Assembly: GCA_951406725.2 (NCBI GenBank)
Contig: OX597821.1
Span: forward strand, 75,826,001 to 75,890,000
Source: Octopus vulgaris
Lineage: Eukaryota
Direction of reading: 5' to 3'
Length of the DNA stretch: 64,000 nucleotides
Below the pieces are notes generated by a model, which ran no database searches, was not told the DNA's origin, and saw nothing but the letters and a program-made list of their open reading frames with translations. Positions 41,223 through 55,406 of this stretch are shown in pieces (the first letter of the stretch is position 1; each line of letters begins with the position of its first letter). The translations under genes were made by a program, and so were the position numbers.

Positions 41223-41460
41223 GGCGAGCTAGCAGAATCGTTAGCACGCCGGGCGAAATGCTTAGCAGTATTTCGTTTGCCATTAAGTTCTGAGTTCAAA
41301 TTCCGCCGAGGTCGACTTTGCCTTTCATCTTTTCGGGGTTTATTAAATAAGTACCAGTTACGCACTGGGATCTATGTAATTGATTTAATCCCTTTATCTA
41401 TCCTTGTTTGTCCCCTCTATGTTTAGTTTAGCCCCCACCCCTGTGGGCAATAAAGAAATA
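41223..41460 (+). mobile_element. SINE family A, long-tail
   Basis: Collinear with 37053-37284. Confidence 0.88.
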
Positions 41461-41786
41461 AACATTTGGACATATCAATGCATTATACGATATCCGTCCT
41501 ATAACGCTATTTCCCACTTTTAATACTTTCGTGTACACAATATCATGACTTTCCAATTAGTCTGAGTTTCGTATTTTTTTATTTATATGTATTAACGATA
41601 CGGGACACTCTTTTGATTTTTCTTGCCTGAGTTTCTTACGATTTAATTTTGCATTGAATCACTATTCAACCAAACTAGCAGAATGGGATATTTCCGATTA
41701 CTTATCCATTAATTTAAAGATTGTGTGGACAACGAATAAAATAACAATTTGGCTAATTACAGTGGTTAATGAAAGATAGAGAATAC

Positions 41787-42001
41787 TACAGTTCTAAATT
41801 TAAGAGATGAGGAATTATGTACATTATTTACATTATTTACACTTGACGGATATTTATCCTCATCTTGTTTGTTATTAACACAACTTTTCGGCTGATACCC
41901 CCCCCCCCAGCCTTCATCAGGTGTCTTGGGGAAATTTCGAACCTGGATTCTCATTCCTAATGTATTTTTCGATGCTATTATTATTATTATTATTTTTTTT
42001 T

Positions 42002-42054
<53 letters not shown>

Positions 42055-42101
42055 TAATCCGGTCACTGCTTGGCATAGTGGTTATGAGCGCGGGCTACTA
42101 G

Positions 42102-42158
<57 letters not shown>

Positions 42159-42261
42159 TCGAAAAATACAGAGTATATCAACCGAAACGTTGTATTAACA
42201 ATAAACAAGATGAGGACAAATATCCGTCAAATGTAAATAAGGTAAATAATGTATATAGAAC
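41787..42261 (-). mobile_element. tRNA-headed hammerhead-motif element, copy 2, head-to-head inverted dimer
   Basis: Minus-strand unit 41787-~42071, then plus-strand unit GGCATAGTGGTTATGAGCGCGGGCTACTA-(TAA)n-CATCGAAAAATAC...CCGAAACGTTG...GATGAGGACAAATATCCGTCAAATGTAAATAA. Confidence 0.72.
41877..41925 (-). ncRNA. Minimal type I hammerhead ribozyme motif
   Basis: GACAC-CTGATGA-A-GGCTG-loop-CAGCC-GAAA-AG-TT-GTGTT: stem I GACAC/GTGTT, stem II GGCTG/CAGCC, intact CUGAUGA and GAAA; stem III has C>A relative to the other copies. Confidence 0.65.
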
Positions 42262-42788
42262 ACTGTTTGCCGAGTCATTGTAGACTAATTTTAATAATGT
42301 TATCTACAAGGAAAATTTGTTTATTAAAGACATTTATTATAGAATTTCATGTGAGAAAATTGTACCAGATATCTGAAGTTTGAAAGTTTTTTAATTCGTT
42401 GGAACAACGAAAATAGCTTTGCATACTTAGTACACTTTCGAATGCCATAGCAATAATTTTCGTCAATAACAAGAGCTAATGTTGTCATTTTAATTCATCT
42501 GGAAAGTCTAAGTTTTCAGAATTATTTGATTCGTACAAAAATTAAATAAACGTTCATTTCTATAATGTATTTTCTTAGTTATTTTACTGGACATGAGAAA
42601 AACGAAATCCTTACAAATAACTGGCCAATTTCATATCTACTTGGTACGAAGCAATTTGTTTATTCAAAATCTTAGGCAGGTAAACATAGTCGTCTCTATC
42701 ACACACACACTCAGCTATAAATACTGCTTCATCCGCCGTCGTTTTAAGTGTGTTAAAATGGAATAATCTAGAATAATAAACAATGCTT

Positions 42789-44044
42789 GGTGCCACATAA
42801 GCGGGTTTGAACCTTCCGCAGTACCACTAGTTTATTCTGTGAAATCCCATGATCTGTTTATGGAAACCTCGGCTGATTTTTCCGACCTTTCATGCAATGA
42901 ATTTATTACCTTTATTTACCACAATTTTTCTTTTACCCTTTTGACCTCATTCTCCTGACTGTGCTTACATTTTCTTCCTTCTTGTTTACTCCCTTGACCG
43001 TTTACAATGAAAGCTCATTGTTTCATTATACAGATATCAACAACAAATTATGCTGAGATTCTGCAAAATGGTAGAACTGGTGTTCTTCTTGTAATTGAAA
43101 CCCATAAATACGACAGGGACTCTACAAAGGAAATTATTCCAATACGATGATCGAATAGCATAATATGTGTCGAGTGGTGAGTAGAACCATCGTTTCTCAT
43201 CATCATCGTCGCGGTAAAAGGATTGGAAAAAACGATAATCCTATTTAGACTGACGAAACAAAATTAGTTGTTCAACGGAAATATACTCATCAGAAAATGT
43301 TAAATTGCGGTATTGTTCGTCTTTCTAAAGACAGTGACGCAGATGTACAAAACAACAAGGCCCGCTTTGGTCTTAAACAAGGCTCTAACTGTAGATCCGT
43401 TTATGTAGAACGACCTAACACAAACGCTTTACCACTAATCATTAAGTGAGAATTTTAAAAAAAGTCAGTGTCTATTTCAGATGAATGACGTGTTTATAAT
43501 CGTCCAAATTGTATGAGTCAGCGCCATCTTACGGTGAACCATGAAGAATATTATAAGAATCAAGAGAACGGAGCACACACACAGGTTCTTGAACGGTCAT
43601 GGTTGGATGCCAAAACAAGGACTTTAATAAAAAGGGGATGGGTAAGTAGTGAACTTTGCCAGTCACACCTTAAACACAGTAGCTAAAAAGTACTGAGAAA
43701 AAATGCTACAGATTTATTTGGGACATTCTTAAATGGTCTACAAAATGTATAACGTTAAAGGAGTTAAATAAAAATTGTTTGGATCAGTTATCATCTTGAT
43801 CACCTTGTTCACCTTGACCGACAAGTCAGTCGGGCGTCCATTTGACATCGTTGGTCACAGCACGCAGTCCACTCCTCTCTGGATCGTGCCTTTCTCATCC
43901 AGTTATGTGTGTCATTAATAAGAAATTAACATTCAAGGTTATTCGAAATTGTTTCTATCAACCTGCAGTGTAAAGTTCCTGTAGAGGAAGTAGACTGCAC
44001 ACTGATGTGCAAATTTGCAGGTAGACCGCACTTAAAGTAGCACC
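42789..44044 (+). mobile_element. Decayed Merlin (ISXO2/IS1595-like DDE) DNA transposon
   Basis: TDETKLVVQRKYTH, FYVERPNTNALPLIIK and TVNHEEYYKNQENGAHTQVLERSWLDAK (43245-43615) match Merlin motifs DE...KRKY and TVNHS...TG.HTQ.IE..W; imperfect TIRs GGTGCCACATAAG and GGTGCTACTTTAAG (rc). Confidence 0.75.
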
Positions 44045-44832
44045 CAATAAGGTACTCAATGATTTTTCTTCGTTCTTATATGAATTGGAAGGAAGTAACA
44101 GCACTGAACATTTTAAACCGCTTCTATTGTGGCTCTAAGGAGACGTTGTGCTATAACATCGAGGTGTGATAAATTAAATTCAATTATAATTTTTTTTTCC
44201 CGTGCGGGAAAAAAATGTTAATTAAAATTTTCCTTTAAGCGAAGAATAAAAATTTAGCAGCGTTTGTCAACAACTCTCACAAAAGGGAGATAACTCCAAG
44301 AAAATTAAAAGGGATTTCTCTAATTGACATTTTGGTAAAAATGCAATCTTTATTAAAGAGTGAAGGTGAGAATTATGGATTGTTTCGGTGAATTATTCAT
44401 CGTCAACCTAATATAGTTTAATCTGTTCTGCTTGTTCAGTTGACAATGGTTTTTAGGGAGAAAAAGAATCAGGATAATTTTGAAAATTTATCTCTCCTTT
44501 TCGGGCGAGCTGTCAACAGGAAAATTTCGGATAAATTTTCCTATTTGCACTCAATTCAGTACATGAGTCCTCATCTTATCGAACCACATGTTAATTTCAG
44601 CTGTGCCCTTAACAACTCATATTATTGTAACTTGCTTTTATCTTTCGATCTCCCAATCCATTTTGAGAAAACTGTGGTAATTTCCTAGTAGAAGGAAAAG
44701 TACCAAATATGTTGCTTTAAATTTTTTTGATTAATCTTGGTTGATCTCAGTCTATCATATCATTGTTTGTAGTAGTTTTTTTTAGCAATGGCAACACAAT
44801 ATATAAATTTTAAAATTGCTCTTTCAACTTTT

Positions 44833-45246
44833 TCTTTTATTCTTTTACTTGTTTCAGTCATTTGACTGCAGCCATGCTGGAACACCGCCTTTAGTCGAGC
44901 AAATCGACCCCAGGACTTACTCTTTGTAAGCCTAGTACTTATGTTATAGGTCTCTTTTACCGAACCGCTAAGTTACGGAGACGTAAACACACCAGCATCG
45001 GTTGTCAAGCGATGTTGGGGGGACAAACAGAGACACACAAACAAACACACACACACACACATATATATACATATATATATATACGACGGGCTTCTATCAG
45101 TCTCCGTCTACCAAATCCACTCACAAGGCTTTGGTCGGCCCGAGGCTATAGTGGAAGACACTTGCCCAAGGTGCCACGCAGAGGGACTGAACCCGGAACC
45201 ATGTGGTTGGTAAGCAAGCTACTTACACACAGCCACACCTGCACCT
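44833..45246 (-). mobile_element. SINE family B, full length
   Basis: Reverse complement of the 35524-35937 type, with an extra internal segment. Confidence 0.9.
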
Positions 45247-45329
45247 ATGGGTTAATTTGCGAAATATTTTCCGAACCGATTCCTAATTACGCTGGAATCA
45301 TTGTATATGAATCTCAGCTTTTGTCGTAA

Positions 45330-45860
45330 CACTCAATTGAACTTTTGGATATTGTGGGGCTGTCATTTGATAACAAAGAGCTTCCTCGTTACATTGGTTT
45401 TTGCCGGTGAAAACCTTTGTGATGGGAAAGCAGGTTTTATTTCTCTTATCAAGAAATGTTTTCTCAAATAGTAATTGCGGGGTCGGTTTAAGACATTATA
45501 CATTCTTTGAAGTCACTGAGGAGTAGTGCACTGTGCAAGCCTGAATGCGCCAAATCTTTCATCATGGGTGTGTAATCATGGCGATTATACAAAGGCAAAA
45601 ATTTGTAGTGAGACACTTGACATTGTGGTCCTTCAAATAAAACAATAAAAACAGATGGGATGGTCACGGTTGAAACACCTGTGATCAAGTATAAGTTTAC
45701 CGCGTCTGTGTTTACTAACACCATCAATAAAGAGATTAAAGAAAATAATATGATATTACCGTGACTCGAACCAGTGTAAGAGATATTCCTCGACGACAAG
45801 GATTTAATCTTGCGTTTGGAAACGTTATCACACACAAATAATCTGATCTGAAAACAAATT
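45330..45860 (-). pseudogene. Possible Gypsy protease/RT-linker remnant
   Basis: RLFVCDNVS, YTGSS and YLITGVSTVTIP loosely resemble the FL.DTGA.VS.IP aspartic-protease region; decayed. Confidence 0.3.
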
Positions 45861-46911
45861 TGAAGAGAGATCGAGATATTAGTGCTTTGATAAATCAATA
45901 GAATGATATTGAGACAGACTGTCATACATGCAAACAGTGACACCTCGTGGAGACAAGAAGAAGTAAGAAGTTGTATATACACGTAGATAAAATAGAGAAA
46001 AGAAACATCAGAGATAAATAAACAGAAAAATAACGTAGGATAAAGACAAGCATTGATTTGTATTCGAAAATATTTATATTTAGACTTACGATGTATCAGC
46101 TTTTGAACGTCAAAGAGAAAAGATGGCCGAAAATAGTTTAAATAATTCGAGAAAAGTTGAAGAGGTTTGTGAGAGTAAGAAAGTGAGGGACTGGGGTGGG
46201 GTCTTTGTTTTTTTTTTTTTTCTTTTCTTTTAATTTTATTTTAAGGAAACATGAAGAAGAGATATTGTTTTAAGTTTGTTTTTACTTCAGAATTTGAAGC
46301 TGAAGCTAACTGAGGGTTAAGAACAAACAACAACAACTTCTACTGCTGCTGCTGCTACTACTACTACTACTACTGCTACTACTATCAATGCCACCAATAC
46401 CGTCACAACCACCTATGATGATGATGATGATGATAACGATGATGATAATAATAATAATAATAATAATATTAATAATAATAATAATGATAATACTATCAAA
46501 AATAAGAAAAGCATATTTTTCTTTCCCAGATATTTGCTCTCGTAAACAAACAGGAAAGAAATGGAAATAAGCAAGGTTTGTGATGTATCAAGGGATACGT
46601 TTGTAGAAGTGAGTGAGTGTAAGTTGGAATATGGAGAAAGGAAAAGAACGGACAGGAAGTAAACAACAAAATGACCTGAAAAGAACATAAAACTACAAAT
46701 GAAAACAATGGAGAGAGAGAGAGAGAGAGAGGGACAAAGAAGGGAGAGAGAGAGGGGTGAAAGAAGGAGGAGAGAAACAGAGACAGAGAAAGAAAAACGA
46801 GAGAGATTTGGATTGTGAGCTAATTATGGTGGCTGAAACAAAACTGGAAAAAATTATAAAGAAAAATATAGAAAAATGAGAATACATAGAGGTTGTGTGT
46901 GTATGAGTGTG

Positions 46912-46966
<55 letters not shown>

Positions 46967-47097
46967 GAAGAAAGAGGAGTGCATAGATTTTCATGTCCAT
47001 TTATGCATGTATGTGTACATGTATATGTATATATATATATATATATGTGTGTATATGTATATATATGTATAAAGTTATGTGTGTATATATATATATA

Positions 47098-47154
<57 letters not shown>

Positions 47155-47269
47155 TGATTGATTGATGGATGGAAAGATAGATACATAGATAGATATAGAT
47201 GTCGTTGCGCGCATGTATATATATTCGTAATATTTATCTATATTCACCTCTCCCTCTGTCTATATATAT

Positions 47270-47314
<45 letters not shown>

Positions 47315-47721
47315 CACATATATATATATACACACACACACACACTTATATATATATATACTCATATATATATGGAGAGGGACAGCGAGACTAACAGAAT
47401 ATATGTGAGATAAATAAAATGACAAAAACAAACGACAAAAATTACAATAAACAAAAGAGAAAGTTACGTGCTGAAGTTGGGTCTGCAATTCCGTGAACTC
47501 GAAGCTGTTTGACAAAACAATGGTTGAGGTCGGCTGTTTGAGATTTACAGCAAATCGAACCAACTGAAAATAAAATGCATCTTGAGAGTTGGAAGCTGGC
47601 GTCTTCTTGGAAAAGTTGACATGTGTCAAGTAGATGTATTCATAGGTTTTGTTTTTGTCTGTTCATTAGATTGCTTGCTTGTTTGTTTGCGTGTGTATTC
47701 GAGTGTGTGTGAGTGTCTTTG

Positions 47722-47779
<58 letters not shown>

Positions 47780-48292
47780 CGTGTGTGTGTGTTTAAGTCA
47801 GTGGTTGTCTTCGTGGTTGTCAGACTTAGTGGAGAGCTGGTTATTAGAGAGTTTAATTTCGTGGTTAGATCAACGGAGATTGCTTCAAGTGTTATTGTTG
47901 TCATCGTTGTTGTTGTTGTTGTTGTTAGTGTTGCATTGATCGTGGAGCTGCTGCTGGTGGTGGTAGTGGTGGTAGTGGTGGTGTTTTATTTACTTGTTGC
48001 TTAAGCACAACTCAAACTTGACTACGCAAAGTAGTTGTTAAAAATCATTCCGGACATGACAATGACGTCTTCCCACGTATATCTAGGAGTACATTATCCG
48101 ATTCGTCCTTCCTTCTTTAAGACAGGGGGTTTTTTTTCGAGTGAATGTGATTTCACTGCTACCTTCACATCATTGAGCGACTACATGATTGTGTTGATGA
48201 GGGCGATGGTGCTAATGTTGCTGTTGTTGTTGTTGTTGTTGTTGATGATGATGATGATGATGACGATGATGATGATGATGATGATGATGATA

Positions 48293-48330
<38 letters not shown>

Positions 48331-49095
48331 AATGATGATGATGACGTTCACACAGTCTCTTGAAGACTGCTCTATCCAGCGTATGTGTCTTTCAGCGTTG
48401 ACCAGTATAAATGAAAATTGAATGCACAAATACCAGTAATACACCACTGTCTAGTCATTTCAATTATCCTTCCGTTCTTTCCCATCCCTCACACGTTTTA
48501 TCCTCCAGGTCAAGACAAACACATTTAACTTTTCTAACTCCAACCATAATCCTGAGGACAACAGGCTCATCACGTAAATCTTTATTCCCATCGACTATTA
48601 ATTTTTGCCTTTTGAGATCTAAATAAGACCGGAAGTGTTTTTATTATAACCAGTATTGTAACTACAACAGTTTGTGATTGACTAAGAGTGCATTTTGTTC
48701 TCATTAGGTATTCAAATATGCCAATACTAACGTAATCATTTGTATTTATGTAAATAGTATTTCTTAATTAATTATCCTATAAATAATCCTATTTTCTTTA
48801 TCCGAATTCGCTTTCTTTTAACTTCTATTTGCTGCTGTCATTAGATTGTGTGGGCTTGCAGGAGGCACCACCTTCGAAGCCAAGTACTTATTCTATCCCT
48901 ATCTTTGACCAAATCATTAAGTCACGAGGTCATACCAACAGCGGCTTTCAAACGACGGTGAGTACAAAAACAAATAGACAGACAGATACATACACACGCA
49001 CGCACGCACAAACACGCACGCGCGCGCACACGCATATATATACATACATACATACATACATACATACATACATGCATACATACATACATATATAA

Positions 49096-49252
49096 AGTGG
49101 TTGCATGGTAAGAAGCTTGCTTCCCAACAACATAGTCCCGGGTTCAGTACCACTGCATGGCGCCTTGGGCACGTATCTTTTACTATAGCCTCGGGCCGAC
49201 CAAAGCCTTGTGAGCGGATTTGGTAGACGGAAACTGAAAGAAGCCCGTCGTG

Positions 49253-49292
<40 letters not shown>

Positions 49293-49500
49293 CATTTGTG
49301 TGGGTGCTTGCGTTGTCCCCTAACCAGCACTTGAGAACCGGTATTAGTGTGTTTACGTCCACGTAATTATCGGCAAAAGAGACCGATAGAATAAGTACTA
49401 GACTTACAAAGAATAAGTTCTGGGGTCGATTTCTTCGATTAAAGGTGGTGCACCAGCATGGCTGCAGTGAAACGACTATAACAAATAAACGCATAAAAGA
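49096..49500 (+). mobile_element. SINE family B (with a degenerate antisense fragment at ~48820-48960)
   Basis: Collinear with 35524-35937. Confidence 0.85.
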
Positions 49501-49530
49501 ACATATACTAATGATAATAATAATAATAAC

Positions 49531-49586
<56 letters not shown>

Positions 49587-49650
49587 TAATAATAATAATA
49601 ATAATAATAATAAAACATTAAGGAATATATATATGTATATATATTTATAT

Positions 49651-50013
<363 letters not shown>

Positions 50014-50293
50014 TTTTGTTTCAGCACACGATCTCAGAACAGGTAACTTACTGGTTCAGTTTGGTGTTTATTGCTTTTAAAACATTTTGGTTTAATAGTC
50101 TGAGACTAGTTATTTTTATATACGTATATAAAGAATATAATTTAGCATTTTGTATTATTTTGGGGAATGTTTAACTTTACACGTTTTTAAATGAATAATT
50201 GAAATTATTCCATTTTACTTTCATCCCCAAAATAACCTTTCAAGAAGATGCCTTGTGCTAAAGTGTCTAGCGTCGAATCCTCGAGCACGATAT

Positions 50294-50402
<109 letters not shown>

Positions 50403-50661
50403 TATATAGTGTACATTTAGACACAAAAGAGGTGACCCTAACACGACACCTTACATGCTAGACAGTTCAATCCACTGTTAAAAGCAATTTCGAAAGGAAT
50501 GAAAAATATAAACATTTACAATATTTACCTCTCGGACGTAGATATCGAACTTTAATTAACAAATAAAACAATTTGTTAGACGAAGTTCTCATCAGCATGA
50601 TCACCAAAAATTAACATATAATTATGAGAAAAAATAGCATATGTCTTATCTTTATATATTA

Positions 50662-51441
50662 CTAGCAGCTAAACCCGGTTTCACGCGGTCAGTTTGGATG
50701 ATGTGACTGTAAAATCTGTTCTGTGTAAGCATTCGACTTGGTTATGTACGCTTACGTTAAAAAAACAATTTTAGTATAACTTTTTTGTCATAATGCTAAA
50801 AAACCTGACCAACAAAAAATAACAAACCAAGATCCAACCAAGTCAAAAAATAAACCCAAATCGTAAGCGAACAAAGATGCAAAATGTAAAGATGCAAAAT
50901 AACGGAAACAAACATAAAAATAAAACAAATTTTTTTTTAAATAAAAAAAAGGTAAAAAAATCTTTTAAATTTTCAAAGGTCAAAAAATCAGCAAAATAAT
51001 AATAACTGAAAAATATTAAATAACTCAACCTTAATGTGAAATATTACACAAAATTTAAAAACCAAAAGAAAAAACCCATCTGAAACTGAAAACAAATAAC
51101 TGAAAGACTACAAAGAAAGACTTCACAAAAATCCCACTTCTATCGCGCGCACACGCACACACACACATTCACATACCCTCCTGTTACATAGACACATAAA
51201 TTCACACAGAGTTGAAAAACTGTTTGATTTGTTTTTCCAGCGTACTATTTTCATCATCCCACTACACAAGACTATTATTATAGTAGATTATCTCGGTAAC
51301 CATGGGTGCTATGAAAAAATACAGCAACACCACCAGATCATTCTACATATGTGCGTAATTTTTCACGTATTTCCACCCAGCCGTTCGACCGTGAATCCCA
51401 AGAGAAGAAAGAATTGCCCATGACAAATTTATATGTATAGA
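50662..51441 (-). mobile_element. Non-autonomous Helitron (second family)
   Basis: Minus strand: A|TCTATACATATAAA start; GACCGCGTGAAACCGGG subterminal hairpin; CTAG|T end. Confidence 0.7.
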
Positions 51442-51538
51442 TAATCTTTCAGAACCCCGCGCAAGCGCAGTTTTAAGCGACAGCAAATAAACATGTCGAC
51501 TTACTTCAAAATGACTAAAATCATATTAAGAATATATA

Positions 51539-51743
51539 CAGGGTTGGAAAATTATAGAAATGTTTCTACCAGTTTAATCTTAAACATGATTTGAACTTTG
51601 ACTGTTCTTTCTAGCATGTAAGGTATCCTGTTAGGGTCACTTCTTTTTTGTTTAAATGTATACTAATTTTATATGAAAAATATGTTATCTATTGACTATT
51701 TTATACATGCTAGCAACTGGTAGAAAAAGTTCTATCATTTTCC

Positions 51744-51750
<7 letters not shown>
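51539..51750. mobile_element. Tc1/mariner-type MITE
   Basis: ~36-bp imperfect TIRs (CAGGGTTGGAAAATTATAGAAATGTTTCTACCAGTT vs rc TAAGGTAGGAAAATGATAGAACTTTTTCTACCAGTT), TA flanks. Confidence 0.75.
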
Positions 51751-51794
<44 letters not shown>

Positions 51795-51878
51795 TGTATA
51801 TATACATATATATGTAGGTATGTACATATATATATGTATATATGCATATATTTATATATTATATATATGTATATATAC

Positions 51879-52108
51879 ATTTCTTTACTGCCCACAAGGG
51901 GTTAAACATAGAGGGGACAAACAAGGACAGACGAAGGGATTGAGTCGATTATATCGCCCCCAGTGCGAAACTGGTACTTTATTTATCGACCCCTAAAGGA
52001 TGAAAGGTAAAGTTGACCTCGGCGTAATTTGAACTCAGAACGTAACGACAAACGAAATACCGCTAAGCATTTCGCCCGGCGCGCTAACGTGTCTGCCAGC
52101 TCGCCGCC
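51879..52108 (-). mobile_element. SINE family A, long-tail
   Basis: Reverse complement of the 37053-37284 type. Confidence 0.9.
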
Positions 52109-52145
52109 TTATATACATACATACATACATACATACATACATACA

Positions 52146-52191
<46 letters not shown>

Positions 52192-52311
52192 CGATAAAAC
52201 AACAAGCATCTACGGTTAAATTTTAACAATGAGTAATATAGTATTTTCTCCTCCTCACTAATTGCGGTTTAATTTACAAATAATGAATGTATTAATATTA
52301 ACTAATTTAAA

Positions 52312-52512
52312 GGCGGTGAGTTGGCAGAAACGTTAGCACTACGGGCGAAATGCTTAGCGCTATTTCGTTTGTCTTTACTTTCTGAGTTCAAATTCCGCCT
52401 TTCATCCTTTCGGGGTTGTTAAATGAAGTAGCAGTTGTATACTGGGGTCGATGTAATCTACTTGTCCCCTCCCCAAAAATTTCAGGCCTCGTGCCTAGAT
52501 AGGAAAAGAATA
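52312..52512 (+). mobile_element. SINE family A, short-tail
   Basis: Head and core, tail CCCCTCCCCAAAAATTTCAGGCCTCGTGCCTAGATAGGAAAAG. Confidence 0.85.
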
Positions 52513-53124
52513 TCAACTAACTTAGATTTGTGGGACATTGCAATAATAAAAAAAAAAAGAAGAAAAGATATCTGACGTGAGCTGGTAATAGTAAAAAGTA
52601 ACTCGTCAGGAGATATAACCATTTGTGTCAGGAAACTTTCAGTTGAAGTTCATGTCCATTTACCTTTTTTTCAGAAAAAATGTTCTGATGACATTCGACA
52701 ACAATGTCATCAATTTTAAACAAAGTTGTAAGTATCTGTCGGATGCATTTTACGTCCCCGTCATAATTCCATGATGATGTTTTGTGTATGTGTGACACGG
52801 AGATAGAGTGAGACATAAACGCATCCATACTTAAAACCAGATATACACGCATACAAACCGACAGGCGGATAGACAGGCAGACAGACTGAGAGGCAAACAA
52901 ACAAACAAACAAACAAACAAACAGAGACAGGCAAGCCGTTATTTGTTTTATATCGTTCATTAGCTTTCTACTTGTGCACGCTATTCCCTCTACTTTGAGT
53001 TTTTTCTTTTACCTAACGAATAGCTACCCTTACAGTTTCTGGACACCTACCCTTCTCCTATTGGAGAGGTGTTCTTAACCCTCATCCCCTACGGAAAAAA
53101 AGCCGGTAAACATGTATGCAGAAA

Positions 53125-53187
<63 letters not shown>

Positions 53188-53258
53188 ATATATACATATA
53201 TGTGTATGTGTACGTATATATATATATATATGTATGTATATAAATATATATATATACA

Positions 53259-53302
<44 letters not shown>

Positions 53303-54052
53303 TACATTTTCCCCTTATCTATATGGTGACACAGTCTTTTTTCTTTCGGCTTTTGACCTTCAAAACTGACGTTTCTCTTCTCCCTTCAACATTATTTTTT
53401 CTTATCAATTTCCCTTACTTTTCTCTCGTGTTCTACTTCAATATTTCTTCATATCTTCCCTTCATTTACCCATCTGTTTTTTTCACATTCCTCCGTTTAA
53501 CCTCGGATATTTTCATCAGTCTTTTTTTTTTAATATTTTGTTGTTTACTTTTTCGCTCTTAATCGTAGCTTTTTTTTTATCCCTCCGAACTTTTCAGTTT
53601 TGATTAGGAAAACGACAATTAAGGGTTCTATTTAGAGACAAAGTATTCTCTAGTTTTTATCAATCCCATCATTGTCGCCATGGCGTTTGTACCTTTAGAT
53701 TTATACTTGGTTGTTGTTGTTTTGTATATACATTAATATTCGTGGACTTGATCTGTCAGCACGATGACGCAGTATTAGAAGACACTGCCAAAAAGCTGTT
53801 GACGTCGAAATCTGATATTTCTTGAGTTTTTGTTTCCTTGTAGAAAATATTCCGAAAATTTAGAGCATTGATTGTCCCAATGCAACTATTACCAATATCA
53901 GAAAGAAAACATTTAAAACCTCGTCTTAAAATGGCTACCAATGTTGAAGCTGCAATTTATTTTCGCAGATACACCAACCCTAAATAAATTCTTCCAAATC
54001 TTGCAGGATATAGGAAATTTGCACTCTTTCCTTCGTTGGATTTCTACTTAAT

Positions 54053-54345
54053 TCTTTCTATTGCAGACACAAGATCTGACATGTTGGAGGAGATGTGCTG
54101 GTCGATTATATTGACCCTCCTCTGTACTTGACTGGTATTTATTTTATTGACCCTTCAAGGATGATATCATAGTTGGACTCAACGGAATTTGAACTGAGAA
54201 CGTAATACTGGAAGAAAAACCGCTAAGCATTTTGTTCAGCATGCTAACGATTTTGCTAGTTCGCCGACTTTCCTTAGTTTCATAATCCTTTCTACTATAG
54301 GCACAAAGTTCGAAATTTGGCGGGTGGAGGCTGACCGAATAACCA
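54053..54345 (-). mobile_element. Diverged SINE family A short-tail copy plus a 3' fragment
   Basis: GGAATTTGAACTGAGAACG, CCGCTAAGCATTTTG and CTTTCTACTATAGGCACAA blocks. Confidence 0.7.
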
Positions 54346-54826
54346 ATCTCCCCACCTGACGAAGGAAGCCGGTATTACGATATCCTTGAATTGTTTCTTA
54401 TTCCATCCGCTAATTATGGACATTACAATTATTACGTAGTTCCAAGGTCCCGGAAGCAGCTGTGTAATTTCAAATACCATGCATTCTCCCCTTCGCGTTC
54501 AGCATTGTTTTGTAAATATATATTTATACGCTTATACATGAGTGTCCATCTTCTGAATATTTTCATTTTTGTTTCTCTATATATACATATCCCTATATAT
54601 ACCTACATGTGTATATGTATGTATGTATAGTATATACATCTAGCCCAGTGATGTTTATTTCATCGCTGTCTCATTATCAGCTCGCCTGGATTTCATTTAT
54701 GGCCACTCTTTACCCCACGGAATTTATCGTTAATAAAGACTGTAAGTTCAAACCATTTGAGCACTAAACATATTTTCTATATTACGCATGGTTGGACCTC
54801 ACATGCTGTATGTGTGTGTGTGTGTA

Positions 54827-55028
54827 CGAAGTCGAACTGAAAAGTTCCTGGCTTTAAGGGTATCTCGAAAGGCCAGATTGAAGGCCCAAACCGAATTCTT
54901 TTACAGGGCTTAGAAAAACTGAAGGACAACTGCAATAAGTGTGTGAATATGTTGAATACAAGTACAATTAACTGATTCTCCGATATTTTCTTTTACCCAA
55001 AACCAGGAACGTTTCAGCACCCTTTCCT
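54827..55028 (+). mobile_element. mariner-derived MITE
   Basis: TA then CTGAAAAGTTCCTGG / CCAGGAACGTTTCAG TIR cores; internal GLEKLKDNCNKCV resembles the mariner C-terminus (GI.KL..RW.KC). Confidence 0.7.
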
Positions 55029-55374
55029 TTATGTTCAACACTTCTTTCGTTGAATATATATATTCCTCTTTTGTGGGTTAGCAATGTTAGCAAATGGTTT
55101 CACGAGGAAATAATTTACCACAATTTTTAAGCGATCCACTAACAAGTGCTCATTATCGTCTCTGTTTTGTTATTCTCATCTAAAACCGGGTCAGTTACCT
55201 TTTTTTTTAAACTAGATCGCTCGAAAATTGTGGAAATCCTTTCCACACTAATATATATATACATATATATTTACAGAGAGAGAAAGAGAGAGAGAAAGAA
55301 ATTGATTGATAGATAGAGAGGTAGATATATCATTACATATGTCGGTATGCGTATATGTATGTATATATACGGAT

Positions 55375-55406
<32 letters not shown>

